Position numbers and translations under genes: made by a program. A stretch of DNA of 64,000 nt from an uncultured Alphaproteobacteria bacterium (GTDB lineage: Bacteria; Pseudomonadota; Alphaproteobacteria; CAAHEQ01; UBA3637). The DNA lies in contig CALXXX010000019.1 in NCBI GenBank assembly GCA_944392795.1, positions 15,916-79,915 on the forward strand. Direction: 5' to 3'. A model generated the notes under the pieces. It was given only the letters and a program-made list of their open reading frames with translations, was not told the DNA's origin and did no database searches. This document shows, piece after piece, positions 1 to 9,569 of the stretch; the stretch's first letter is position 1, and each line of letters opens with the position of its first letter.

Positions 1-1264
1 CTTAACCGATACTTTTTTTATCGGTCAAACCGGGAATGCAAATATGGTGGCATCTATTGCTTTGGCTATGCCGTTTGCCATGTTGATACAAGCATTCGGA
101 AATATATTTGCCATCGGTGGCGCATCATATATTTCTCGGCAGTTGGGCGCTAAGAATTATGATGAAGCGAAAAGGACGACGGCGACCGTTTTTTATTTGT
201 CTATTTTGTCGGGCGTTATTATCACAATTGTTGTTTTCTTTTTGATGAAGCCTGTTTTGACGATTTTAGGAACGTCTCCTGCGACACGAGACTATACACA
301 ATCTTATTTATCTATTTTGACAATGTTTAGCTTTGTTCAAATATTACAAGTCGTATTGGCGGGGCTCATTCGTTCTGAAGGTGCTACTCGTCAAGCGATG
401 AATGGTATTTTTATCGGAACGGGTTTGAATATTGTTTTGGATTACTTGTTTATTCTAAGATGGGGGTGGGGTGTAGAAGGAGCCGCTTGGGCAACACTTG
501 CAGGAAATGCGTGTGGTGTTTTGTATTATTTATTTTATTTTGTTGGAAAAAGAAGCTTATTAACACTTTCTATTCACTATTGGGGGCCGGATAAACGGAT
601 GATGTTTGAGGTTTTGGCTATTGGGCTTCCTGCCGCTTTAAACGCGCTTGTGATGAGTGTTTCACACGTTCTGACAAATAATATAGCTGTGCAATACGGA
701 GACGAAACAATTGCGGCGAATGGGATTATGATGCGTATTGTTGGGATTGTTTTATTTTTGATTATGGGGATTTCTCAAGGGTATCAGCCTTTCGCCGGAT
801 ATAATTACGGAGCGGGGAATTTTGAAAGATTGAAAAAGGCTTTTCATGTGACTTTAGGGTATGCGTCCGGTCTTGCGTTGATTTTTTGTGGTTTATTTTA
901 TCTTTATCGGAATCAGTTGTTTTTATGGTTTTTGCCAAATCAGGAAGTGGCTCATATCGGCTCACAAATGTTAAGCGCATTTTTAATCGCTATTCCTTTG
1001 TTCGGTCTTCATTTTACAATTGCGATGACTTTCCAGGCAACGGGAAAAGCATTATTGGCATTTTTAATCGTTCTGGCTCGGCAATGTTTGCTTTTTATCC
1101 CGTTTTTGTTTCTCTTTAATGCGTGGTGGGGGTTCGAAGGATATATTTGGGCTCAACCCATTGCAGATGTTGCAACGGTTATTTTGTCCGTTTGTTTCTT
1201 CGTTTATTTCCTACATCATTTGCCTAATTCGCATACTGCAGCCGAGTCGTCCCGTCCGTCGTAA
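1..1264 (+). CDS. MATE family multidrug/oligosaccharidyl-lipid efflux transporter (5' end outside window)
   Basis: ORF 44..1264. Its frame stays open back to nt 2, and the upstream in-frame residues (..TDTFFIGQTG..) match the conserved MATE N-terminal motif. The hydrophobic profile fits about 12 TM segments. Confidence 0.8.
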   Translation, partial: LTDTFFIGQTGNANMVASIALAMPFAMLIQAFGNIFAIGGASYISRQLGAKNYDEAKRTTATVFYLSILSGVIITIVVFFLMKPVLTILGTSPATRDYTQSYLSILTMFSFVQILQVVLAGLIRSEGATRQAMNGIFIGTGLNIVLDYLFILRWGWGVEGAAWATLAGNACGVLYYLFYFVGKRSLLTLSIHYWGPDKRMMFEVLAIGLPAALNALVMSVSHVLTNNIAVQYGDETIAANGIMMRIVGIVLFLIMGISQGYQPFAGYNYGAGNFERLKKAFHVTLGYASGLALIFCGLFYLYRNQLFLWFLPNQEVAHIGSQMLSAFLIAIPLFGLHFTIAMTFQATGKALLAFLIVLARQCLLFIPFLFLFNAWWGFEGYIWAQPIADVATVILSVCFFVYFLHHLPNSHTAAESSRPS

Positions 1265-1676
1265 TCAAAAGAACTTTATCTCCCACTCGGAAATGCAATT
1301 CATTGGACTGCACAACCGCCGTTGTTTGACCATTCGAGAGTTGAACAATAAACTGCATGGCCGTATCTTTTGTTATTTCGCTTTCAACGGCGCTTCCGAT
1401 TATTCCCCCTAACAGAGCGCCTGCCGTTCCTCCGATAATATTCACGGCTGTGTTGCCACCTATCATAGAACCGGCGGCTCCGCCGGCGACAGCGCCTCCA
1501 ATAGCGCCAATTGTGCCTGTTCCTTCTATGTTAACCGGCTTCATTGACAGAATAATGCCTTCTCGAACAATCGCGGCTTGGCCGATGTCTCCTCGAGAAT
1601 AGGTTGTGTTTGTTTCTCCGACTCCGCAAGCCATTAAGGCTAAACAGAGACATAAAATAACGCTCTTTCTTTTCAC
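1224..1676 (-). CDS. glycine-zipper outer-membrane lipoprotein (SlyB / 17-kDa-antigen-like)
   Basis: Basic N-terminus followed by the lipobox LMAC. Gly-rich GxxxG zipper segment (GAIGGAVAGGAAGSMIGG...IIGGTAGALLGGIIG). The 3' end overlaps the MATE gene 3' end by about 40 nt (convergent). Confidence 0.7.
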   Translation of the reverse strand: MKRKSVILCLCLALMACGVGETNTTYSRGDIGQAAIVREGIILSMKPVNIEGTGTIGAIGGAVAGGAAGSMIGGNTAVNIIGGTAGALLGGIIGSAVESEITKDTAMQFIVQLSNGQTTAVVQSNELHFRVGDKVLLITTDGTTRLQYAN

Positions 1677-1764
1677 TTTCCCCTCCCTTATGAAAAAAGC
1701 TTTTGCCTTTTGCTTTTTTTCACGCTATAACAAACATATTCCCTCATGACAAAAGAACGGAAGA

Positions 1765-2367
1765 ATGTTTGTAAAACTATATAATAAAACGATTAAAAGA
1801 ATATATGATTGGGCTTTACATATTTCAAGTAAGCCTAATGCTGTTTGGTTGTTAGTTGCTATTTCATTTATGGAGAGTTCTTTTTTCCCGATTCCACCAG
1901 ATGTTGTCTTAATTCCACTCGTGTTAGCGCAGCGAGAAAAGGCATTTCGATTGGCTATGTATTGCACAGTTGCAAGTGTTATTGGTGGATACTTCGGATA
2001 CTTTATCGGTTGGGTTTTGGACGAGTCGGTCTTAAATCCGATTTTGGTACGTTATGGCATGATGGATGCGTTCAACACATTTAAAGGTTGGTATCATGAG
2101 TTTGGTGCTTGGATTGTCTTTACGGCCGGATTAACGCCGTTTCCGTATAAGGTTGTTACGATTGCATCCGGGGCAGTCGATTTAAATTTGGGTGTTTTTA
2201 CGATTGCTTCCGTTTTATCTCGTGGCGGTCGTTTCTTTTTGGTGGCTTGGTTGCTCTGGAGATGGGGCGCGCCGATGAAAGCGTATATTGAAAAGAATTT
2301 AGGATGGTTATCTATCCTGTTTGTTGTTCTTCTCATCGGTAGCTTCTTTTTAATTAAACTTATGTAA
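1765..2367 (+). CDS. YqaA/DedA-like inner membrane protein
   Basis: 200-aa polytopic membrane ORF with a DedA/SNARE-associated-like pattern (FFPIPPDVVLIPL..G..GA). Confidence 0.6.
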   Translation: MFVKLYNKTIKRIYDWALHISSKPNAVWLLVAISFMESSFFPIPPDVVLIPLVLAQREKAFRLAMYCTVASVIGGYFGYFIGWVLDESVLNPILVRYGMMDAFNTFKGWYHEFGAWIVFTAGLTPFPYKVVTIASGAVDLNLGVFTIASVLSRGGRFFLVAWLLWRWGAPMKAYIEKNLGWLSILFVVLLIGSFFLIKLM

Positions 2368-2448
2368 AGAATTTTTAACTTTTTTGTTGACATTTTGTTT
2401 AAAAGCGTGTAAAAGGAACGCCTAGGTTTTATTTAATGAAAGGATTTC

Positions 2449-2745
2449 ATGATGGCAAAACGTTGCCTCGTCACCGGGAAGGGTGTACAAACTGGAAATA
2501 CGGTTAGTCATGCAAAAAATAGAAAAAGACGCCGTTTTATGCCGAATTTACAAAATGTTTCTTTAATGAGCGAAACTTTGGGAAACGTTATTCGCCTTCG
2601 GATTTCAACCCGTGGTTTGCGGACGCTGGAACACAACGGCGGATTGGATGCTTATTTATTGTCAACGCCTAATAGCCGTTTGACAAAAGAAGCTAAGGAA
2701 ATCAAACAACGTATTCAAAATGCTTCTGCTCAAGAAACAGCGTAG
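2449..2745 (+). CDS. rpmB: 50S ribosomal protein L28
   Basis: N-terminus MAKRCLVTGKG..GN.VSHA.N..KRRF.PNLQ is the canonical L28 signature. Followed by a strong hairpin plus T-tract. Confidence 0.9.
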   Translation: MMAKRCLVTGKGVQTGNTVSHAKNRKRRRFMPNLQNVSLMSETLGNVIRLRISTRGLRTLEHNGGLDAYLLSTPNSRLTKEAKEIKQRIQNASAQETA

Positions 2746-2765
2746 TCTGTTGCAGATTTAATTTT

Positions 2766-2796
2766 AAAAGGCCTTCCTACGGGAAGGTCTTTTTGT
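2766..2796 (+). terminator. intrinsic terminator after rpmB
   Basis: GGCCTTCC-tac-GGGAAGGTC hairpin followed by TTTTTGT. Confidence 0.6.
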
Positions 2797-2879
2797 ATTT
2801 GTACTAAATTTGATAAAAGTTAAATTTTATGATATAATAACTAAGTTCACTATTAGTAAGACAACAAAGGAGTTTTCTA

Positions 2880-3544
2880 TGACGGATTTAGAACGAGCTC
2901 AGATGAAAATGAGTAGCGAAGATTGTGAAACAATAACAAAAAAAATATTGTCTAAAAGAAAATCAACATCAGTTGATTTAACAATCTTTGATGCTATGAA
3001 AACAGCTTCTGAATATTGCTATGGCGGCGATACTCTTTTTGTTCGCGATTTTAGAAGAGGGCTTTATGAAAACTGTCTTCGGTATGTGAATGCCGGCGCG
3101 GATGATTTTAATTCTGAAACACAAAAAGCTTCATCAGATTCTGTTTCTCTTTGTCCATCTATTATGGTTGCTCATCAATATGAAGATATTTTATCTCGCA
3201 TTCAACAAATTAAGCAAAAATATCCCAAAATAGATTCTATGATGGATGATAAAACAATTTCACAAAAAGGCGTTTGTGCTGAATATGGGGATTGTTGTGA
3301 AAGATTGAATGACTTTTTATATATTTATAGGAAATTGAAAACATCTCCTAAAGGTTTAAATATGAAATGTATTGAAAATTGGTGTAAAGTTTATCCCGAA
3401 CAAGCTGTGCAAGTTGAAAAAGGTTTAAAAGAAATGGAAAAAATGCTCCCAATTTCAGAACAAGAACGGTGGAAAAGGACAACCGAAAAGAAGATTGCTC
3501 CTTCTTTTTTTCAAAAAATTTTAGGAAAGGGATTGAAGCGATAA
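2880..3544 (+). CDS. hypothetical protein (AT-rich, Cys-containing, no signal peptide)
   Basis: ORF 2810..3544. The start was moved to ATG 2880 (MTDLERAQ), which is preceded by AAGGAG. No recognisable family. Codon usage is markedly more AT-rich than the neighbours, and the gene lies next to tRNA-Met. Confidence 0.5.
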
Positions 3545-3567
3545 AAAGTTGACGAGCTTTTTATAAT

Positions 3568-3600
3568 AAAAAAACACTCTTATTAGAGTGTTTTTTTTTG
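3568..3600. terminator. bidirectional intrinsic terminator (A-tract / ACACTCT-tatt-AGAGTGT / T9)
   Basis: Perfect 7-bp stem flanked by an A-run and a 9-T run, between a + strand ORF and the - strand tRNA. Confidence 0.6.
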
Positions 3601-3602
3601 AT

Positions 3603-3679
3603 TGGTAGCGAGGGGGGGATTCGAACCCTCGACACGCGGATTATGATTCCGCTGCTCTAGCCAACTGAGCTACCCCGCC
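3603..3679 (-). tRNA. tRNA with anticodon CAU (elongator tRNA-Met; tRNA-Ile2/lysidine cannot be excluded)
   Basis: The reverse complement folds as a cloverleaf. Acceptor stem GGCGGGG/CCTCGCT, D-arm TAGCTCAGTTGGCTAGAGCA, anticodon stem-loop GCGGA-ATCATAA-TCCGC, T-loop GGTTCGAATCC, 3' CCA encoded. The D-arm is elongator-type. Confidence 0.85.
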
Positions 3680-3911
3680 ATAAGAACAACCGCTTTTATA
3701 CCTTTTCTTTTCTAAAAAGTCAATACTTATTTTAAATTAGGCAATAATATCATTCTTCTTGTTTAAGTCTTTGTCTCTTTTGGATAAGAGAAAAAGGGAA
3801 GTATTTTTTGTTTTCTTTTTAAAATCAATAACTTGTTAGATTTTTCTTGATTTTCTCTCCTGCTTTTATGTTATTATAAAAAACAACAATATGAGAATAA
3901 AGGAAAAAAAA

Positions 3912-4589
3912 ATGACAGAACTTTTTTTAACCGGACCGGCTGGACGATTGGAGGCCAGATATCATGCTGCGGAAAAACCAGATGCTCCAATCGCTTTGAT
4001 TTTACATCCCAATCCACAATTAGGCGGAACAATGAACAATAAGGTTGTTTATACGCTTTATCAGGCTTTTGTTCAGTTAGGCTTTTCTGTTTTAAGGTTC
4101 AATTTTCGAGGCGTTGGTAAATCTCAAGGTGTTTTTGACGGAGATTCCAATAATGAATTGGCAGATACATTAGCGGCATTGGATTTTTTAAAGTCTATGC
4201 ATCCTGAATCTTTGCATGCATGGGTGGCAGGTTACTCTTTTGGTGCTTTAGTTGGGTTATCTGTTTTAATGCGTCGTCCGGATATAAATGGTTTTGTTGC
4301 TGTTTCTCCACCAGCAAATGTTTGTGACTTTTCATTCTTAACCCCTTGTCCATCATCCGGATTGATTATTCAAGGGGGTGCGGATACGGTTGTTTCTGAG
4401 CCGGCAGTTGCAACTTTAGCTGAACGTTTGGATAGCTCACGAAAAGTTCAAGTTGATTATGTCCTATTACCGGATGCGGACCATTTGTATACCGGACAAT
4501 TAAAAGCGGTTTATGATGCTGTTTTAACGCATGTTCCTGAGCTGTTAATTTCTAAGAAGAAATCTGTAAAGAAGAAAAAGTCAGTCTAA
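3912..4589 (+). CDS. alpha/beta-fold hydrolase (COG2945-like)
   Basis: Nucleophile elbow GYSFG. About 225 aa, typical of small alpha/beta hydrolases. RBS-like AGGAAAAA before ATG 3912. Confidence 0.75.
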   Translation: MTELFLTGPAGRLEARYHAAEKPDAPIALILHPNPQLGGTMNNKVVYTLYQAFVQLGFSVLRFNFRGVGKSQGVFDGDSNNELADTLAALDFLKSMHPESLHAWVAGYSFGALVGLSVLMRRPDINGFVAVSPPANVCDFSFLTPCPSSGLIIQGGADTVVSEPAVATLAERLDSSRKVQVDYVLLPDADHLYTGQLKAVYDAVLTHVPELLISKKKSVKKKKSV

Positions 4590-4596
4590 AAAGAAA

Positions 4597-4632
4597 TAAA
4601 AAAGGAACTGCGGTGCAGTTCCTTTTTTTTTG
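4597..4632. terminator. bidirectional intrinsic terminator between hydrolase gene and rpsI
   Basis: A-run, GGAACTGC-ggtg-CAGTTCC, then T9. Confidence 0.65.
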
Positions 4633-4642
4633 TATATTCTCA

Positions 4643-5110
4643 TTAACGTTTAGAGAATTGATAAGAACGACGAGCTTTGGCCTTACCGTATTTTTTACGT
4701 TCGACCGCACGGCTATCGCGTGTTAAGAATCCACCACGACGTAAAATGGTGTGTAAGTCTGGCTCGAACAGATCTAAACAGCGAGAAATACCGTGACGCA
4801 CAGCACCTGCTTGACCAGATAAACCACCTCCTGCAACCGTGCAAACGACATCGAATTGTCCGACGCGTTCAGTCGCAACGAAGGGTTGATTGATAATCAT
4901 TTGAAGAACAGGACGAGAGAAATAATCTTTCATATCACGTCCATTAACGGTGATAACACCTTTTCCTAATTTTAACCATACACGAGCAATAGCATCTTTT
5001 CTTTTTCCTGTTGCATAAGAGCGGCCTTGTTTATCTTTTTTTGGCTCGCGTTTTGCGGCTTCTTCAGGAGCAGCAGTTTGAGTCTTTTTTAAATCGTCTA
5101 ATGTTGTCAT
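4643..5110 (-). CDS. rpsI: 30S ribosomal protein S9
   Basis: C-terminal ..[17 protein letters not shown].....LRRGG.LTRD.R.VERKK.G..KARR..QFSKR is the S9 signature. There is an N-terminal extension, as in alphaproteobacterial S9. 4-nt overlap with rplM. Confidence 0.92.
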   Translation of the reverse strand: MTTLDDLKKTQTAAPEEAAKREPKKDKQGRSYATGKRKDAIARVWLKLGKGVITVNGRDMKDYFSRPVLQMIINQPFVATERVGQFDVVCTVAGGGLSGQAGAVRHGISRCLDLFEPDLHTILRRGGFLTRDSRAVERKKYGKAKARRSYQFSKR

Positions 5111-5577
5111 TCTTCAATGCTCCTTTTATTTTTTCTGTTTTTCGCAGCAATATCTAAAGCGACTGGGTTTTGAGCCGTATGAGGATGTTCAGCACCTGTA
5201 TAGATGCGTAATTTTGTCATTTGAGCTCTTCCCAATTTATTCCGAGAAATCATACGTTCTACAGCTTTGTAGATTAAATCTTCAGGATGTTTTTCCATCA
5301 ATTTAGCCGCATTAACGGATTTTATACCGCCGATATATCCTGTATGATGATGATACATCTTTTTTTCCATTTTGTTGCCGGTCAGCGCTACTTTTTCAGC
5401 GTTGATGACAACGACATAATCGCCGCAATCCATATGAGGCGTATAACTTGGTTTATGTTTGCCACGCAAGATAGTTGCGATTTGGCTGGCAAGACGACCT
5501 AAGACCAAGTCTGTTGCATCGACCAAGTACCAATTTTTTTTGATATCAGCCGGTTTTGCACTTGTTGTTGTTTTCAT
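5107..5577 (-). CDS. rplM: 50S ribosomal protein L13
   Basis: WYLVDA..LGRLAS.IA..LRGKHKP.YTPH.D.GD.V.V signature. The rplM-rpsI operon order is conserved. Confidence 0.92.
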   Translation of the reverse strand: MKTTTSAKPADIKKNWYLVDATDLVLGRLASQIATILRGKHKPSYTPHMDCGDYVVVINAEKVALTGNKMEKKMYHHHTGYIGGIKSVNAAKLMEKHPEDLIYKAVERMISRNKLGRAQMTKLRIYTGAEHPHTAQNPVALDIAAKNRKNKRSIEE

Positions 5578-5862
5578 CTTTTTGTCCTTTTTGTTTAACA
5601 GAGGATGCTAATATATCATAAAATTTTGTTTTGTCAACGGCTTTTTTAAAGCTTTTTGAGAGAGGTATAATATTACCGTCTTTGAGAGATCTTTTAAAAA
5701 GCAGCTAAATGAACAAAAGAAAGGGTTGTATCTTTAAAGTGATATATTTTATTATTGCTATATATTTTTAACCCATTGAAAAGACTTGCGATGATGATGT
5801 TGCCTGATGAGAAGTTTTTAGATTAGCTAGACTTTTAGAGAAAAATCTGTTATCTTTTGTTT

Positions 5863-6221
5863 GTCAGAAGGTCAGGCAATCGCTGAGCAGTTTCATGCTT
5901 GGAGGAAAGTCCGGACTTCCTGGGAATAGAGTGACGGTTAACGACCGCCCGGGGCGACCCGAGGGAGAGTGCCACAGAAAATAAACCGCCTGTCTGTCGG
6001 CAGGTAAGGGTGAAACGGCGAGATAAGAGCTCACCGCTTTTCCGGTAACGGAAAAGGCAAGGTAAACCCCACTCGAAGCAAGACCAAGAAAGCGGCTCTG
6101 ATTAAATTCAGAAGGGACTGTTCCCATCCCGCCCAATAGGTAGGTCGCAAGAGGCGTTCAGTAATGGACGTCCTAGATGAATGATTGCCCGAGACAAAAT
6201 CCGGCTTATCGACCTTCTGAC
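5863..6221 (+). ncRNA. rnpB: RNase P RNA (bacterial type A)
   Basis: Universal motifs read directly: GGAGGAAAGTCCGGACTTCC, GCCACAGAAAA, CAGGTAAGGGTGAAACGGCGAGATAAGAGCTCACCG, GGTAAACCCCACTCGAAGCAAGACCAA, CTAGATGAATGATTGCCC, ATCCGGCTTATCG. The terminal P1 pairing is GTCAGAAGGTC...GACCTTCTGAC. The region contains only a spurious antisense ORF. Confidence 0.9.
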
Positions 6222-6222
6222 T

Positions 6223-7218
6223 TTAGAAACCTTCATCCTTAAAAGGACGACTGAGTAAATCTTCCATGGCTTGTTGAATGTTCATTCCATGAAATAACAC
6301 AGAGTGGACAGTTTCGCATATAGGCATATCAATTTTAACTTCCGATGCTCGTTTAAGAACGGCAGGGCAAGTTGACAATCCTTCTACGGTGCGAGTGTTT
6401 GTCTCTATTAATGTTTTTGCATTTCCAGCCATGCCAACTTCATAGCCAAAGCTAAAGTTACGTGATTGTGTGCAATTAGCGGTAAGAATTAAATCTCCAA
6501 GACCACACATACCCATCATGGTTCGGGCATGACCGCCAAGAGCTTTAGAAAGGCGGATCATTTCATTTAAACCTCGTGTAATTAAAGCTGCACGAGCATT
6601 ATCTCCTAAACCGGCTCCTTCTGCGATACCTGCTGCGATGGCAAGAACATTTTTAACAGCTCCTCCGATTTGTGGGGAAATGATATCGGTGGTAGAATAG
6701 GGGCGGAAAAATTTTGTGCCAAGCATTTCTGTTAAAGCTTGAGCGATTGTTAAATCTGCGCAAGCGATTGTGGTTGCTGTTGGCTTCATAAGCGCAACTT
6801 CATGAGCAAAGCCAGGGCCTGATAAAATAGCCGTTTGTGTGTCAGGAAGAATTTCAGCAGCGACTTCGCTTAACAACTGTCCTGTTTTATCTTCTATCCC
6901 TTTGGCGCACAAAACTAAAAGTGTTTCAGGACGAATAAAAGGCTTCATTTGTTCGAAGACAGAGCGATTAAATTGAGCTTTAATAGAAACCAGAACAATA
7001 TCAGCAAATTCAAGAACGTCTTTTATATTTTGTGTAGCTTGAATTGAATCTGGAAGCGGTAAATCTGGCATGTATAGCCGATTAACATGTAAAGCGTTGA
7101 TATCTCTGACGACATCTTCTTCTCGAGCCCAAGCTAAAACATGACATCCCGCACGTGCAGCCGTGATAGCTAACGCTGTTCCCCATACACCAGCACCGAT
7201 GAGACCGATTTTTTTCAT
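6223..7218 (-). CDS. gpsA: NAD(P)H-dependent glycerol-3-phosphate dehydrogenase
   Basis: N-terminal Rossmann motif GAGVWGTALA and a GpsA-like core (..NVLAIAAGI..G.G.GDN..AAL.TRGL.E...). Start placed at ATG 7218 (MKKIGLIGAG), preceded by AAAGGAGG. Confidence 0.9.
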   Translation of the reverse strand: MKKIGLIGAGVWGTALAITAARAGCHVLAWAREEDVVRDINALHVNRLYMPDLPLPDSIQATQNIKDVLEFADIVLVSIKAQFNRSVFEQMKPFIRPETLLVLCAKGIEDKTGQLLSEVAAEILPDTQTAILSGPGFAHEVALMKPTATTIACADLTIAQALTEMLGTKFFRPYSTTDIISPQIGGAVKNVLAIAAGIAEGAGLGDNARAALITRGLNEMIRLSKALGGHARTMMGMCGLGDLILTANCTQSRNFSFGYEVGMAGNAKTLIETNTRTVEGLSTCPAVLKRASEVKIDMPICETVHSVLFHGMNIQQAMEDLLSRPFKDEGF

Positions 7219-7327
7219 AACGCCTCCTTTTTTTCTTTTATAAAACAATTTTATTCGGAAAGCAAACGAGAAAATACTTGCGACTCAAAAGAAGTCCGTT
7301 ATAATGAGGCTAAAGAGGTTTTAAAAG

Positions 7328-8149
7328 ATGTATCCAGGTATTCCGTTTCCAAATTTTGATCCTATTTTATTTCAAATAGGATTTTTTGCTATTCGGTGGT
7401 ATTCACTGGCTTATATTGTTGGTCTTTTGTTGGCATGGTTATTGGTTCGACGGATGAGCCGTTTTACAAATTCGACTTTTACGGTTTTAAAAGTTGATGA
7501 TTTTTTAGTATGGGCAACGATAGGAATCGTGGCCGGCGGACGTTTAGGGTATGTTTTGTTTTATCAATTGCCTTATTTTTGTGAATATCCTTTGCAAATT
7601 TTTGCTTTATGGAAAGGAGGTATGTCATTCCACGGTGGTTTAGTGGGAATGATTATTGCGACATTATGGTTTTGTTGGAAAAAAGACATCAATGTGTTTA
7701 TGGTTGGAGATATGTTAGCTGCGGTGGCGCCGATAGGATTGTTTTTAGGACGATTAGCTAACTTTATTAACGGAGAGTTATGGGGACGAGTGACAACCTC
7801 TGTTCCTTGGGCTATGATATTTCCGGGAGCGGGTGATTTACCCAGACATCCGTCTCAACTATACGAAGCCTTAACAGAAGGGTTATTATTGTTTGTTATT
7901 TTAAATATTGTTTGGTGGAAGTCTGAAAAATATCGAAATCGTTATGGATTTACGTGTGGATTATTCTTTTTATTATATGGGCTGTTCCGGTTCGGCATAG
8001 AATTCTTCCGTGAACCAGATCCATTCTTAGGTTATTTTGCTGATTATTTGACAATGGGGCAGTTGTTATGTCTTCCTATGATTTTATTTGGTCTGTGGTG
8101 TATTGCTTTTTCATCACCAAAATTTCGCTTTAAAAAGCTGATGGAGTAA
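7328..8149 (+). CDS. lgt: prolipoprotein diacylglyceryl transferase
   Basis: Lgt signature (..I..GFFAIRWYSLAYI.G....W.....GGRLGYV.FY......P..IF..W.GGMSFHGG..G). Confidence 0.9.
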   Translation: MYPGIPFPNFDPILFQIGFFAIRWYSLAYIVGLLLAWLLVRRMSRFTNSTFTVLKVDDFLVWATIGIVAGGRLGYVLFYQLPYFCEYPLQIFALWKGGMSFHGGLVGMIIATLWFCWKKDINVFMVGDMLAAVAPIGLFLGRLANFINGELWGRVTTSVPWAMIFPGAGDLPRHPSQLYEALTEGLLLFVILNIVWWKSEKYRNRYGFTCGLFFLLYGLFRFGIEFFREPDPFLGYFADYLTMGQLLCLPMILFGLWCIAFSSPKFRFKKLME

Positions 8150-8151
8150 AA

Positions 8152-8790
8152 ATGAAAAAGAAAAGTTTATGGGAAGGTTTTGTTCGTTTATTAAACATGC
8201 GTTTAATTGTTCCCTTAAAACGTAGCCCTCATCCGCCGGAGTATACGGCTCGAGGCGTTCTTGTTGGAATGATGTGGGCAATGACGCCATTAGTCGGGAT
8301 ACAAATGACGACAGTTCTTTTAACTTGGATTGCGGCTAAGAAGATCTTTAAATGGCATTTTTCTCTTCCCATTGCAATTGCTTACACTTGGGTGACAAAT
8401 GTTTTTACCATGGGACCCGTCTATTATGTCTTTTATGTAACGGGCAAGGTGATGATGGGGGATTGGGGAAATATTAGCGCTTTTGCTAGCTTCTCTCACA
8501 TTATGCACGAGGCTTTTTCAGATGTTGGCTCTTTTTGGGAAATTACAAAAGCATTATTGATATTTGGGAAAGTTTTGTTACAAGAATGGGGATTAGCAAT
8601 GTCTTTGGGCTGCATTCCCTGGTCTATTTTCTCGGGATGGATTTCATATCGATTGACAATGAAGTGGCTTTTAAAAAGACAAGCCAAAAAAAACAAATCA
8701 GCAGAAAAACGTAAATACTGGCGTGAAAAATTACATTCGGTTGTACATCCGATTTCGGTTCATCAGGAAAAAAAGAATGAAAAAAAGTAA
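8152..8790 (+). CDS. DUF2062 domain membrane protein
   Basis: Pattern typical of DUF2062 (..P..RSPH..A.G.LVGMMWAMTPLVG.QM....). 212 aa. Immediately downstream of lgt. Confidence 0.6.
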   Translation: MKKKSLWEGFVRLLNMRLIVPLKRSPHPPEYTARGVLVGMMWAMTPLVGIQMTTVLLTWIAAKKIFKWHFSLPIAIAYTWVTNVFTMGPVYYVFYVTGKVMMGDWGNISAFASFSHIMHEAFSDVGSFWEITKALLIFGKVLLQEWGLAMSLGCIPWSIFSGWISYRLTMKWLLKRQAKKNKSAEKRKYWREKLHSVVHPISVHQEKKNEKK

Positions 8791-9409
8791 ACTTCTGACA
8801 CAAATTGATTATCTTGGTCATGCCTTTTATGATAAAGACGATTCAAGTAAATTAAAAAATCCTATTCTTTTAAAACAAATACACTCTTTTGAAGTTATTC
8901 GTGTCAAAAAAAACACAGATACTATGCAATCTGCCGATGCGCTGGTGACATGTGTTCCAGGATTAAAATTAACCCTTAGAACAGCAGATTGTGCCCCCGT
9001 TTTGTTGGCGGATAAAAAGCGAGGCGTTATTGGAGCAGCACATGCTGGTTGGAAAGGTGCTTTGAGTGGTGTTTTGGAAACAACGATTTTAGAAATGGTG
9101 CGTTTGGGCGCTTGGCCAAGTAATATTGTAGCCGCTATCGGTCCTTGTATTCATGTCGATAGTTATCCCGTTGATACAGATATGAAACGACTTTTTACAG
9201 AAAATGTTCAACCATTTTTTGTTTCGTATCCGGATGGAACGACACATTTTAATTTACCGGATTATGTTGCTTATCGGTTGCGCCGTGCTGGTGTTCAAAG
9301 TGTTGATTTAATTGATATCGATACTTATACAGACAAGCACTATAATAGTTATCGTCGTTCTCCGTCTGATCCTGCTCGTCAATTCAGTGCTATTTGGATA
9401 AAAGGTTAG
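8777..9409 (+). CDS. pgeF: peptidoglycan editing factor PgeF / YfiH-family laccase-domain protein (DUF152)
   Basis: ..TADCAPVLL.D..RGVIGAAHAGWKG...GV.E.T...M...G conserved YfiH core. Start moved to the internal ATG 8777 to remove a low-complexity N-extension. Confidence 0.8.
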   Translation: MKKSKLLTQIDYLGHAFYDKDDSSKLKNPILLKQIHSFEVIRVKKNTDTMQSADALVTCVPGLKLTLRTADCAPVLLADKKRGVIGAAHAGWKGALSGVLETTILEMVRLGAWPSNIVAAIGPCIHVDSYPVDTDMKRLFTENVQPFFVSYPDGTTHFNLPDYVAYRLRRAGVQSVDLIDIDTYTDKHYNSYRRSPSDPARQFSAIWIKG

Positions 9410-9569
9410 ATATCTTTTTTCTAAAAAGATAGGAAGCCTTATGCTTCCTATCTTATCGAACAATATTTACTTGTTTTTGTTTTATTTTTTTTGAATTTTA
9501 AAAAAATAGCTAAAAATATTGACAAAATAATATTTTTGAGGTAAACTCTTTCTTAAAAAAAAGGAAGGG

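Noticed and set aside
1224-1264. 41-nt convergent overlap between the MATE gene and the lipoprotein gene as a possible antisense regulatory arrangement
   Set aside because: More likely trivial. The MATE C-terminus is poorly conserved, and its true stop may be earlier if there is a sequencing error. No supporting structure was seen.
3612-3618. Run of 7 G (poly-G) as a possible second phase-variable tract
   Set aside because: It is the complement of the CCCCCCC segment spanning the T-stem/acceptor stem of tRNA-Met, so it is structural, not a contingency repeat.
5864-6136. 90-aa minus-strand ORF
   Set aside because: Lies entirely inside the RNase P RNA gene on the opposite strand. The region's conservation is explained by rnpB motifs, not coding potential.
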